Assembly: GCA_950097015.1 (NCBI GenBank)
Contig: CATNEN010000039.1
Span: 13,144,001 to 13,208,000 of the forward strand
Source: Macrostomum hystrix
Lineage: Eukaryota > Animalia > Platyhelminthes
Length of the DNA: 64,000 nucleotides
Direction: 5' to 3'
Shown: in pieces, positions 37,662 to 49,890 of the stretch
How positions within the stretch are numbered: the first letter of the stretch is position 1
Layout: the number at the start of each line of letters is the position of its first letter
Position numbers and translations under genes: made by a program
Notes under the pieces: model-generated
Databases searched by the model: none
What the model was told of the DNA's origin: nothing
The model's input: only the letters and a program-made list of their open reading frames with translations

Positions 37662-40600
37662 ATGGCGACAATCAGCGTCATTTTAAAGACAATTATTCTG
37701 CTGACACTGATTGACATGAGTTTGGCAGCGGACGCCGGCTCAAGCAGTCAGCAGCTGTCAGTCGGCGCGGCTGTGGGCATCTCGGTGGCCGTCAGTGTTG
37801 TCGTGTGCGCCGTGATTGCTTGCATTATAATCTGCCTGCTGGTTCGGTATCTGAGGCCTGGAAGAAGAGATGGAGCTGCACTAGCGGGAGATGGTGCGTT
37901 CGATTTAGGGAATTTATTAGTTCAAGGCACAAGCGTCTGACTCACTCGCCTAATTATTTCAAACATGAAATATTGTTGGTATCACAAATTTTTATGCGAA
38001 ATGGTCACTCTGAAAGAGTCACTCTCTAGTGGGGTGAGTAGCAGAGTGGTTAACGCGTTTGTCTCTCGCACCAAGGTCCCTGAGCTCGATTCCGCGACAA
38101 GGCCTCATTCATTTGGGGCCGTCAATAATGTGAACGTCAGGGCAGATGTGCACACCTGTGTGATCGTGTGCCTGCGTACAGTATCCGTGTGCCTGTGTGC
38201 TCAGGAGTCAGCAAAATGGACATAATTGCCTCCTTGCTGGCAATAAATCTAGTGTCACTAAATGATGTGCCATTACCTGCTGCTCTCCTGCTATTATTAT
38301 CATTAATAAGAGTCACACTGAAAAACTGAAAGAGCCACTCTGAGAGAGCCACTCTGAAAAGAGCCACTCAGAGAGTCACTCTGAGAGAGCCACTCTGAGA
38401 GAGTCACTCTGAGAGAGCCACTCTGAGAGAGCCACTCTGAGAGAGCCACTCTGAGAGAGCCACTCTGAGAGAGCCACTCTGAGAGAGCCACTCTGAGAGA
38501 GCCACTCTGAGAGAGCCACTCTGAGAGAGCCACTCTGAGAGAGCCACTCTGAGAGAGCCACTCTGAGAGAGCCACTCTGAGAGAGCCACTCTGAGAGAGC
38601 CACTCTGAGAGAGCCACTCTGAGAGAGCCACTCTGAGAGAGCCACTCTGAGAGAGCCACTCTGAGAGAGCCACTCTGAGAGAGCCACTCTGAGAGAGCCA
38701 CTCTGAGAGAGCCACTCTGAGAGAGCCACTCTGAGAGAGCCACTCTGAGAGAGCCACTCTGAGAGAGCCACTCTGAGAGAGCCACTCTGAGAGAGCCACT
38801 CTGAGAGAGCCACTCTGAGAGAGCCACTCTGAGAGAGCCACTCTGAGAGAGCCACTCTGAGAGAGCCACTCTGAGAGAGCCACTCTGAGAGAGCCACTCT
38901 GAGAGAGCCACTCTGAGAGAGCCACTCTGAGAGAGCCACTCTGAGAGAGCCACTCTGAAAGACCCACTCTGAAAGACCCACCCAAACGAATGCAGGCAAC
39001 CACTTTGAGCAGCAGTACACGAGTGCCAGCGGCAGTCGCAGTCTACTATTTGTAGAGGAGGGCAGCGGTGCGACCGCCAACGCTGGCCTTGACCCGATGC
39101 GTCACAAGAGCAGCAAACACCAGTCCAAGGATAAAGAATATGCAAGTTTTTAGCAATTTCAGTTTTTTTTCATTTTCAAGTACAGCTAAGCTTAAAAGTA
39201 CTTTGACTTGTGTTGATTTTCCAAATTACTTTTGCCCCATCACTCATTACTCATTCATTAATTTTGCATCGTTAAAGACACCCAGGTGGGCTTTCTACCT
39301 AGATTAATGGGCACCAGTAAAACTGTGAATGACAGTTTAAGCAAACTTGACAAATGGCCTACTCGCCTTCGTTACTACCCAAGGAATGTTATGATAAATC
39401 AGTGCTAAGAGACTCCTACCCAAAAGAGCTAAGGCTAGAAGTCGAGGTTCCTTAATTTCATATCTGGTAGAAACTTTCTGCGAGCAAAAGTAAATTTCAT
39501 TTCTATATCTATAATCTTTGTTGCGATGCCATTCTAGGAATGTCACAAAATCGCAGTTAAAGTGGCTTCTCCAGACGACCTTCGCTTCAAGGTGTGCCGC
39601 AGCAGCGAAGGGGCTATTCTGGTGGCTACGGATCCAGCAGCTGGCTCGAAATGCAGCAGAGATGGCATCAGAGAAGGTCAGTGGCTCAAGGGGGTGTGAT
39701 TGGCAGAGAGACTAACGTTATTAAGCTTCACAAGTGTCCAGTATTGCGTCAGTAACCCACAGTCCTGCTGCAATTAACCATCAGGTGATCAGATAATTGG
39801 TGTTTACGTGGACATCAAATCGGCGGGCGGTGGCGCCCACCCCAAGGAGGTCAGCGAGCTGCTCAGCTTGGCCAGCGACTACCCGCTGGTGGTAGAGTTC
39901 GCACACAGCGGACCAGTTGTGCGCGGCCCTTCCGCTGACAATCCAGCCAGACGGTCTAAACTCAGCAGCGCCGAAGCTGTCCTTCGTCGACATCGAAATC
40001 GGCAATCGGCTGTTGACGTAGTTGACGGACCGTCTACAGAAGTGACAGCCAGTCAGCAGATTGACGAACAGCCGCAGGAGCGGCAGAGACAGTCGCGAAA
40101 ACTGTGGTCTGCTCCGCCGCCACCGGAAGACCGAGACAGCCATTTCTCCATCCAGGATCGACGAAAACGACGCCGGAAGCAGCAGTTGGCGCAGACGACA
40201 GACACCCTGCAGGAGGAGCCGCAGCCGTGGTTTGAAAGGCTGTGTAGTCTGCATTCCGAGGCTAAAATTGACGACGGTGAATGGGTCTGGATGCCGAATG
40301 CGCAGCTCGTTGTGCTGCCCGAGTCGGATGTCACATCAGAATCTGAGGCTGATGAACAACTGGACGACACGGCACTGATAGAGGAGCAAGCTATTGCCGT
40401 GTTCTCAGCCAGCCTGATGGACAGTGCTCCGCGAAGGTTTGCAACGCCGCCGGCTGTTGTTGGCCTCGTTGAACGAGTGTTCGATCACTACGAATTGGAG
40501 GAGCAGGACGTTGTGCCGGACATGCCACCGCCGTCAGAGCTCCGACCAGTGATTGACAGCTGCACACAGTACGACGGGGCAGAGTCTCAAATGGTGGACA

Positions 40601-41395
40601 GTTGCGAGCTAGAAGAAGTGTGGGAGAGTCTGCAGAATCACGTTGTCTGGCCCGAACTGGCGGGCTGGCAGTCGCTGCCAAACTGCAAAGTTCAAGGTCA
40701 ATTCGGTGAGTGACAGGTGTGACAGACATTTGAAGACAGACACAGATAGTGAGAGCAGATAGGAAGGCAGCTAACAATCCGCATGAACACTTCCAGTGGT
40801 GTCCGTGCCGGTTACCGAGGAGGACGAGGACAGGGAGCTGGCCGTTTATCTGGCCAGCGCGGCCGTCGGAGTCTCGTCAAGTTCAGCATCATCATCGTCG
40901 CGAACTATCCAGGAGGACGCAATGGTGGCAACGGTAGCGCCGTCGGCCCAGTGCCTGCCGCCTCGTCAGCGCAGCCAAGAGGATCAGCAGCTGCTGGAGC
41001 TGTCTCGCAGCATGGCACTGCGCGACGTTGAAGTTGCCACCGTCATCCTGCTGGATGCGGAGGCGCGCCGACGTCAGCAGATGGAGCTGGAAGGCGACCA
41101 TGGCGAGCTGAGCAGCGGGAGGTCTACGGTGCAGGAGGAGTGTATCGACCCCATCCTGGCTCCTGACAGAAAGGCTCTCTCTGGTGATCAGGTTGAACGA
41201 GATCTGCGCAACTTGATGCACGTCAATGACAGCGACTCGGCCGACGAGGACCAGGTCGATGACGAAGACTTAGCCGTCGTCGAGGCATTGATTGACGACT
41301 TTGAGCTGGCTGCGGCGGAATGGAAGGCTTCGCATTCGCTGAATATGGATCGTCATCCGGAAGATACTGAGGATCTGGACACGGACGAGTTCTGA
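37662..41395 (+). CDS. Uncharacterised type I membrane protein with a cytoplasmic PDZ-like domain and acidic tail (~678 aa); exons 37662-37893, 38996-~39141, ~39538-39676, 39785-40705, 40797-41395
   Basis: Signal peptide, then TM segment VGAAVGISVAVSVVVCAVIACIIICLLV. Introns 37894-38995, 39677-39784 and 40706-40796 are phase-1 GT-AG and join the frames. The exon 2/3 junction is ambiguous (GC donor at 39142 or weak GT at 39146). The spliced product reads GAILVATDPAAGSKCSRDGIREG|DQIIGVYVDI..EVSELLSLASDYPLVVEF. Confidence 0.65.
38030..38280 (+). mobile_element. tRNA-derived SINE, family A (internally deleted)
   Basis: Head TAGCAGAGTGGTTAACGCGTTTG..GAGCTCGATTCC. Body shared with the copies at 58505, 60612 and 61381. 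Confidence 0.8.
38331..38980. repeat. 15-bp minisatellite (GAGAGCCACTCTGAG), highly homogeneous
   Basis: About 40 near-perfect units ending just before the acceptor at 38995. Confidence 0.97.
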
Positions 41396-42149
41396 TTGAG
41401 CATTGCTTGATTTGCACTTTTCTGTGTCGACAATTACAAAGGTGAAACAGCAGAGCTATTTTAGTGTGAGCCGTAGAAAATATATTATTTTATTTTCTAT
41501 TTTCTTTTATTTAGTTATTTTTGTACTTAAATTACTTCATAATTTAATAATTATTGATCATAAAAATTTTTTTTTCAAAATATTTTCTACGGTTTACTTT
41601 CTTTTCGACTCGTTTTGTTTTATTATCATTCATATTATTGTTATCTAATTGTTTAAAATATACTTTTGCTTTATGTACTAACTTTTTCTCATGCTATACA
41701 GTATTAATATTCTTTGTAACTATTATAGTGTAAATGAAAAACTGCTTTGAAAAAAATACTCTGATAAAATCAGTAGAAATTGTAAAAACACTTTATTACT
41801 GCATGTTCGTTGTTAAAATTTAAACCTACTGGATAATTATCTATATTAGAATTTTTTTCATGTGCTAAATCTCAAGTATTAATACTGCTTTTTGCATCCA
41901 ATTTAATAAATTGAAGAGAGCATGGCAGCAATGGCCGCAAGTGGCGGCTGGCAGAGATGTCTATGGTAAAAAGTCTCTCCCTGTGTTAAAACCATTTTTG
42001 CGTTCATTCTTAGAAAAGTCGCGTTTAATTTGAGAACCATTGACTGTGCCTTTGCACACAACCATTACCATGCCTTATCAGAGAATTTCCAACGAGAAGT
42101 ATGACTTGATTGTGCCGGCAATTGAGAGGGTCGATGTGGTTAGCGGCAT

Positions 42150-42780
42150 TTCTGCAATGCTCAGCGTGAATGTAAAGACAGTTTACGCCATTCGACGGTA
42201 AGAAGCACGTCAAGTTGACTGACAAAATTGTGGAATTCCTGAGCAACCGGGTTGAACAAAACCCGCTGTTGACACTGTTGCAGATGCGGACTGCCCTGGC
42301 TGAGCAGTTGGTGCTGAGTTTCAGAACATCGACCAGCGCCTAACACGCCATCTATATGGATTAGTGCGGATTTAACCTCTGGATGTCCAGGCAGCAGGGT
42401 CGACCACCACTTCGAATGGCTGCATGCACGCACAGCGTGGCGCCACTGTCAACATGTGTCTGGCCATCTCGACTACTGAGGGCCTGCTGAACTAAATGTT
42501 CCTGGCAGAGACGATGACTGCAGATGAACTTCAGGGAGTTCCTGAGCCAGCTTATTGACAATGCTGTTAACACCCTGGAGGCTGATGGGAACTGTGTGAG
42601 CATCATGGACGGCGCACCCGTGCACAGCGAGGCTCGGGTGCCACCTGCATATGCTGGGCGTGTGCTGCTGAAAACGCTGCCTCCATTATTCACCGTTCCT
42701 CAGCCCGACAGAGCAAGGCCATCAGCTGCTTCAAGGCCAGCATCAAGAACCAGCTAGCTGACCCCGCTGTTCAGGCTGAA
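42150..42780 (+). pseudogene. Degenerate IS630/Tc1-type DDE transposase fragment
   Basis: Across frameshifts and a stop it reads IYMD*CGFNLW (~42349), IMDGAPVH, LPP/YSPFLSPTEQ..FKASIK, i.e. the three catalytic DDE motifs. TIRs were not identified. Confidence 0.7.
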
Positions 42781-43868
42781 TTGTCCGGTCCGCCTGCGGA
42801 CCGCCACCTAGTGGCGAGTGGCAAGTTTTCTGAAATTGAACGCAAAATCCTGCAGAAAAGCCATAGACAAAAAGCGAAGCCAGTGAAAATATATGGCAGA
42901 AGGGACTCTTAAATTGAACGCAACTTTTCTGAACTAAAACGCAAAAAGCTATTTATTACGTCCATAATTTTGACAGCCGAGAAATCGATGCGAAAAATAT
43001 ATTTCCTTTGTTTAACTGTGATGATTCGAACAGGTTTTTTTCCAATAAATGACTACATTTTCCAGTGAAAAAATAAACAAGTTTAAATAAGCGCGCCATA
43101 TTACTTTAATTGGCTGCTTGTGAGTAGCATGATAAGGAGCTGGCGATTTCTATTGATATTATTAGACGCACATAATTATTAAATAATCAGCGAGCGAGTT
43201 GAATTGTTAAGTGTGACTGTAAAAGTGTCGATTTTTGGATCATTTGGGCAGAATTTCGGGAGCAGAAGAGAAAAAAATTGTTAAAATTGCATCAAAATAT
43301 TTAACCCGTAAATAAAATCTACTGGGTGATTTGAGATTCGGGTTCAAAGCGACTCAACAAAAGCAACCAAATGGTTAAAACAAAAAACCTAGAAGAAAAG
43401 TCCCATCTAGAAAAAAACTAGTTAAAGCGTGATTGATTTTTCGAAAATGTAAGTTTTTTAAAAAGCATTGCACTTTGGGACCAATTAAAAAGTTTTAGTA
43501 ATTTTTAGCTAAAAGCTTTTCGAACTTGTTAAACAGGTTATTGAACCTGTTAGACATGTTATGTAATGAACCTGTTCTACAGAGTTAAAAAAACACAGCC
43601 TATAAGTTGACTTCCGGTAAAAATTCGAACATGTAAATTTTTAATGGTTAGAAAGTTAGTTAAAATGTTTAAATAAATACTTTGTGACTGAAAATAATTA
43701 TGTTCCGCAAGCTTAAATAGATTGGAAAACTAAGAAAAGCAGAACAAAATGTGGAGATTAGCAAAAGAATCAATCAAAACAAAAAACTGGCATATGAAAA
43801 ATGTTCTGTTACATTCAACAACTTGTGAAGCAGTGTGTAAAGTAAAACGATCAGCTGACGGCTGGCCT

Positions 43869-46800
43869 TCACAGAGCCTGGAACATTTTGCTCTTTTCTG
43901 AGAATGAGGACGGATTCATCTTGACTTGGGTGCGCCGATTATTCCCAATCTTTGCCCGGATCTCCTCCAAGCTGACATTGCCGACTGGGTCTTTGGCGGC
44001 TGCTGCTGTCGCTGCTGCTGATTTACCTGATGACGAACCGTTCATGCTGTTACTGACACCAGCTTGCTGCTCCTGCTGCTGCTGCTGCTGCTAATGAAGA
44101 TAAAAATGTAAATTATTGAACGAATGAATGAATGAATGCTCTGATTAATTAAATGTTCAAGTACACCTTTGGCTATCAAATGAAGCATTAAATACGAGGG
44201 CTATCCCAAAAGTAAGTTTCGGTCAACAATAAAAAGCGAACACTTTGAAGGAAAGTCTTAAAACTTTAACAGTAGTCAAAAACAGGTCATAGTTACTCCA
44301 CAAATTTGCCGCCAAGGTCCACGCACTTTTGCCAGCGCCGTACCCACGCTAGAAAGGCAGCATCGCAGCCGCCGGTTGCCAGATGCCGCAAAGCTGATGA
44401 AGCATTGTTGCTTATCTGCTCCACAGAGGCAAAATGTTGTCCACGGAGGCTCTCCTTCATTCTGGGAAATATATAGAAGTCCAAATCAGGTGAATAGCGT
44501 GGCTGTGCCAGGACCTCCCAGTTCCAGGACTCCAGGAGCTTCTCCACTCTTCTGGCGCGGTGCACAGGTGCGTTGTCGTGGTGAAAAATCACGCCTCTCT
44601 CCAGCAAACCAGGCCGCTTTTTCCTGATGGCTGGCCTCAATTTTTCTTGCAGTACCCATCGGTAATATTCTGCATTCACCTTGGTGCCGATTGGCACTGG
44701 CCAGTCCACCAGGACCCATGGATGTCAAAGAAGACTACGTGCATCACCTTCAAGGAGCTCTGCTTCCGTTGAACCTTCTCAGGACTCGCTGATTCCCTTG
44801 GAAGCCACTGTGCTGACTGGCGCTTGAGCTCAGGATCCCACTCGTAGACCCATGTCTCGTCTCCTGTCAGAGTTCTGCTGAGAAAGTTGCTTCCCTCTCG
44901 ATTAAACCGTCGAAGGTGCTCTTGCGCCAGGGTCACCCTCTCCTTCATTTGGTCCTCAGTCAGGAGATGAGGCACCCACTTTGCGAAGATCTTCTGCATG
45001 TTCAGCTGCTCAGTAAGAATGCGATGCACTGTGCTGTGAGGAATGTCCAGGAGGTCCTGATCGATCTCATTGCAAGTCAATCTGCTGTCCACAGTGACTG
45101 CAGCTCTGACACGCTCTGCATTTGCATCAGTGGCGGCTGTTCTTGGCCTTCCAGACCGCTCTTTGTCTTCCATCGACAGCCTGCCTCCTTGAACTTCACG
45201 GACCCATTTCCGAACCGTTTGAATTGATGGAGCTCTTCATGAATCTCTGATGTTGATTTGCCAGCCAAACTGAAAACTTGATGATGCTTCTGACGTCGTA
45301 TCGTGTGAACGAAGCCGAAGTGGCCATCTTCGCAAACGAAGCTGTGTTTTACTTGTGAGACTGCATTTGCTTTGAAACTTTTGGTGCCTTTTGCCATAGA
45401 CATATAGATTCAGGAATGACTAACCGCGTTTGCCAAAAATGCACTTAAGAAAATTTATAATGCAGCGAAACTTTTTTTTTGGGATAGCCCGGCCTCGTAT
45501 CTATGTTTTGTTATACTAGAGTCTAGCTTTTTTGAAAGCTAGTTCATTATAAACTTTCATGAGATCTAGATTAACCAAGTCTTGTTTAAAAATTAACAAT
45601 TACTTTGAAAGCCAGACTGACTTATACATAGGAGAAATTGTTCTGCCCAATTCATAGCCACATGTACACACACAATTGTGTATCCAAGCATTTCAACACT
45701 AGCAAAGCATTGCAAAGTCAATCAGGCGTATCAAACAGTGGAAAATTTATGCAGAATTAATTATAAACAATTCAGTCAACACAAGGTTTGGAAAATTGCA
45801 AAAATAAAGCCAATTTACTGGAAAAGTCCTTCACCAAAATAGACACAACTGTTGATATGTGAAGCCTATGTGTCATATTATTATTATTGTATGTTTTTAA
45901 TATATATATTTGTTATGAAACGCATAAGCCGCTAAGCACACACACACATTGCAACACTATTAAAGCAAAGGTTAAGCTTTGATTTAATTTGCTAAAGCTA
46001 AGCAACTGAATTGCTCAGTGAATTCGTGTGCGCATGTACAGTCAAACCACACCTTATGCATGAATAATGAATTAGGCTTGTTCAGCCAAGGGTCAATGAC
46101 TAACTGTACCATTTATTTTATTGCGCATTGTCGCGGCGTGGTCACTGCATAGGGAGTGAAATGAGATTCGCAAGGAACCCTCCCGCTCTGGAGCAAAATG
46201 TTTTCAGCTAGTTCAATTTGGGACATACGCCTTGTGAGTGTACAGAAAAAGGTATTCGCAATTATAAAACTCCTATTACTGCCCATGCATTCAAATCCAC
46301 TTACTGCTGGACAGTGCCTAAGAATGCTGGAAATTCGCTGATTGGCAAAGTTTAACTACCCAAAAATAGGAAAATAGTAGGCAACCTAAAATCTAGGAAC
46401 AAGAGACTTTCTAACAAAAACTAAAACTGTAGAGAGAGAGAGAGGCAACCTAAAACTGTAGAGAGAGAGAGAGGCAACCAAAAACTGTAGAGAGAGAGGC
46501 AACCTAAAATCTAGGAACAAGAGACTTTCTAACAAAAACTTAGAAAGGTAGAAGACAACCGAAAACTGGAGAGAGAGGGAAAGGCAACCTAAGACTGGAG
46601 AGAGAGAGAAAGGCAACCTAAGACTGGAGAGAGAGGGAAAGGCAACCTAAGACTGGAGAGAGAGGGAAAGGCAACCGAAAACTGGAGAGAGAGGGAAAGG
46701 CAACCTAAGACTGGAGAGAGAGAGGCAACCTAAAACTGTAGAGAGAGAGGCAACCTAAAACTGTAGAGAGAGAGGCAACCTAAAACTGTAGAGAGAGAGA

Positions 46801-48004
46801 AAGAGGCAACCTAAAACTGTAAGGAGAGAGAAAGAGGCAACCTAAAACTGGAAGGAGAGACAAAGAGGCAACCTAAAACTGTAAGGAGAGAGAAAGAGGC
46901 AACCTAAAACTGTAAGGAGAGACAAAGAGGCAACCTAAAACTGGAAGGAGAGACAAAGAGGCAACCTAAAACTGTAAGGAGAGAGAAAGAGGCAACCTAA
47001 AACTGGAGAGAGAAAGAGGCAACCTAAAACTGTAGAGAGAGAGGCAACCTAAAACTGTAGAGAGAGAGGCAACCTAAAACTGTAGTGAGCGAAAGAGGCA
47101 ACCTAAAACTGTAGTGAGAGAAAGAGGCAACCTAAAACTGTAGTGAGACAAAGAGGCAACCTAAAACTGTAGTGAGACAAAGAGGCAACCCAAAACTGGA
47201 AGGAGAGACAAAGAGGCAACCTAAAACTGTAGAGAGAGAAAGAGGCAACCTAAAACTGTAGTGAGACAAAGAGGCAACCTAAAACTGTAGTGAGACAAAG
47301 AGGCAACCCAAAACTGGAAGGAGAGACAAAGAGGCAACCTAAAACTGTAGAGAGAGAAAGAGGCAACCTAAAACTGGAGAGAGAAAGAGGCAACCTAAAA
47401 TTCGAGTGACAGCGGCTACCTAAAATTGTAGAAAAAGTTTAGTCCAAATCTAGGAACGAGAGAGGCAGAGAGAGAACAGCAGAAATTTAGCACTATAAAA
47501 ACTGGTCAGCACTGGTTAGGTGTGGCGTCCCTACTTAAAATTAAGAGCTGGCCAGCAAAGTAAAATTAAAAAGCTCCTATTGAAATGAGTGGGAGCTAAA
47601 ATACAGAACTATCCATAAAGCTTGAAGTGAACTTCAAACCAGATATGAAAAGATAGGTTCTTTTTTAGGAAAAAAAGTTTCTTTCCTAAAGACAGTCAAG
47701 AAAACCGTGCTATTTTTCTTCTTTAAATAATGAGTCGCTGTTCAAATGGCAGGAGAAGATTGTTTTAAAGCCACGGAGAACGGACAGCTGCACGCCTCGA
47801 TAAGAAATGATTGATCGATCGCCCCGGCCCAGATCAGGTATCGCCCGAGGCCGATATGGGCCGGCCCTGGCGATCACCGCTCTGTATCGACTTTCTAACG
47901 ACCCCCTCACGGTTCCTGAGCTGTGCGATTTGCAATCGGCATCGCTTTTAACCTGCCTGCCTACAAAGTGGGCCAGTTAGTATAGGTGAGACTCACTCAG
48001 GCAA

Positions 48005-48093
<89 letters not shown>

Positions 48094-49890
48094 CGAATGT
48101 AAAGAAACCACGCACACAGAGTAGGAATCTCTCTTAATTGCAAGTTGAATCTGTCGACCAATATTTCGGCCCTTTCTGGGCCTTCGTCAGGGTCCGTTTA
48201 TTTGAAGAGATAGATAGATGGATAGAAATTTAAATAGCTGATTTTCTAAGAACAGACGGGAATGCTTTTGTAATTCTGAGAGAAAAATCACGGAAATAGC
48301 TTATTCAGACAGGCAGGAAACATGAAACCAATGCGCGGCCAGACAAAACGTGACTTGATACCGAAAAAAAGATTTTTCAAATCGATTTCACGCTAGAATT
48401 TGAGACAGGACAGAACGGGCTTCAGAAAAGCCTAAATTGGTGCTTCCGTTATGCCGATAAGTTTTTTAGATAAAAAATAAGCATATATTAATAAAAATAA
48501 CTGCTGAATGTGCCAATTAAAGCAATTAAAGCAATGAAGCAAGATTGTGTTATAATTTAATATCGAAACTCGAAAATTACATATAAGTAGGTAAGCTTTT
48601 CAAAAACCACATAAGCTTGGTGCAGGGCAATACCTCAGACTCTGGTGGGATCAATTCCTGATCGACAGCATTAAAATCACTGCCCTCATTTTCAGGTGGG
48701 TCTTTGTTAGACAACTCGACAGCTGCTTCGTCTTCCACAGTCGGCGCTTCGTTTTGCTCCTGTTGCTAATGACATAATGATTTCATAGTGCGGGAAATTG
48801 TTTTCTTTTACGTAGTTTTTATGCTTTATACTTAAACGATAACGATTAAGGAAAAGTATAAAAACAAAAATATTGACAATTTTACAAAAAAAGCTTACTA
48901 CTGCTTCCTGATGAATCTCTTGCTCCTCTTCGATGGCGCCCACTGTCGTCGGCTGGGTGTGCGGAGTGTTGAATAAAACTACATCTGGCATGCTCGAACT
49001 GATGGCGATTTGATTCTCTTTGCAGTATTTGTAAGTCTCCATGTCGACAACTAGCATCGTGACAGACTGGGCCGTTTCTTTGACAATTTCGACCACTCTT
49101 TGGTGTGACAGATCCTCTGAAAAAATGTTTTTGTAATGTGGTTTACAACTGGTTACCACATTGTTACCAGTGGTAACAACTGGTTAACAAAAATATCATA
49201 ACTTCAACAATAAATTGGTTCTGAAACATGACGAAGTTGAATTGGAAATTCACATTAAAAGGAGACAATATTTCTTTTAGTGCTATTGTGAGTTTAAGAA
49301 AATTTAACACTCGAGTCTTTACACCAATCAACTCGCAGAAACACATTTTCATGATGCATTTTTAATACAGCAAAGAAGTAATCGTGTTTTATATAAAATT
49401 ATATTTTTTAGCTGTAATAAAAAATATTTCCTAAAAGTAAAATAACACAAGTTAAAAAAATAAGAAACTAAAATGTATCCTGATAAATGTTTCTCAGCAT
49501 TTTGGGAATTTCGTCAATCTTTATATTAAAGCTATTTTGTTAAAAAATGAAATATTACTATATTATATTAATTTTGACATTATTAGCATTATATTATGCA
49601 TTAATTAATGCAAAAGTAAAAAGCAACTGAAATAGTTTAGTACAATACTTAATAATTGGATTGCATTGATAATATGATGACAACCTACCAACGTTGATGC
49701 CATTGACTTCGACAAGATAGTCCTTCGCTTTTAGGCCACCGTGTTCAGCCGGGGAGCTGGGATCGACTTTCCCAATGTACTGCCCTGCCTTGCCCTTCTC
49801 AGCGTGAAGATTGAAACCATAGCCGACAAACGTTGTCCATTTCTTCAGGTGACAAAGACGAGGAGGAGACAAGAAACTTGGAAATGACAT
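43869..49890 (-). CDS. NHERF1: NHERF/EBP50-family single-PDZ scaffold (~257 aa); exons 49890-49689, 49116-48899, 48765-48634, 44090-43869
   Basis: PDZ domain [57 protein letters not shown]. The C-terminus [21 protein letters not shown] resembles the EBP50 ERM-binding tail. All junctions are GT-AG and in frame. Confidence 0.88.
44195..45497 (-). mobile_element. Full-length but defective mariner transposon in NHERF intron 3
   Basis: TA TSDs (44193-94, 45498-99). TIRs CGAGGGCTATCCCAAAAGTAAGTTTCG and its degenerate inverse. Transposase motifs WVPHLL, TGDETW, HDNAPVH and YSPDL are split over three frameshifted ORFs (45403-44293). Confidence 0.93.
46380..47430. repeat. Purine-rich ~26-32-bp minisatellite (GAGGCAACCTAAAACTGTAGAGAGAGA)
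   Basis: Tandem variable units. Confidence 0.93.
48005..48093. repeat. (GATA)n microsatellite
   Basis: Direct reading. Resumes at ~48207-48225 after an insertion. Confidence 0.97.
48156..48194 (-). ncRNA. Minimal type I hammerhead ribozyme motif (Penelope-like element type)
   Basis: Minus strand: GACC-CTGACGA-A-GGCCC-AGAAA-GGGCC-GAAA-TATT-GGTC. This gives stem I, the CUGANGA core, a 5-bp stem II, GAAA and a palindromic vestigial stem III (ATAT). Confidence 0.72.

Noticed and set aside
38303-39145. ORFs in all three minus frames (SGSLRVALSEWL)
   Set aside because: 15-bp repeat artefact, antisense to an intron.
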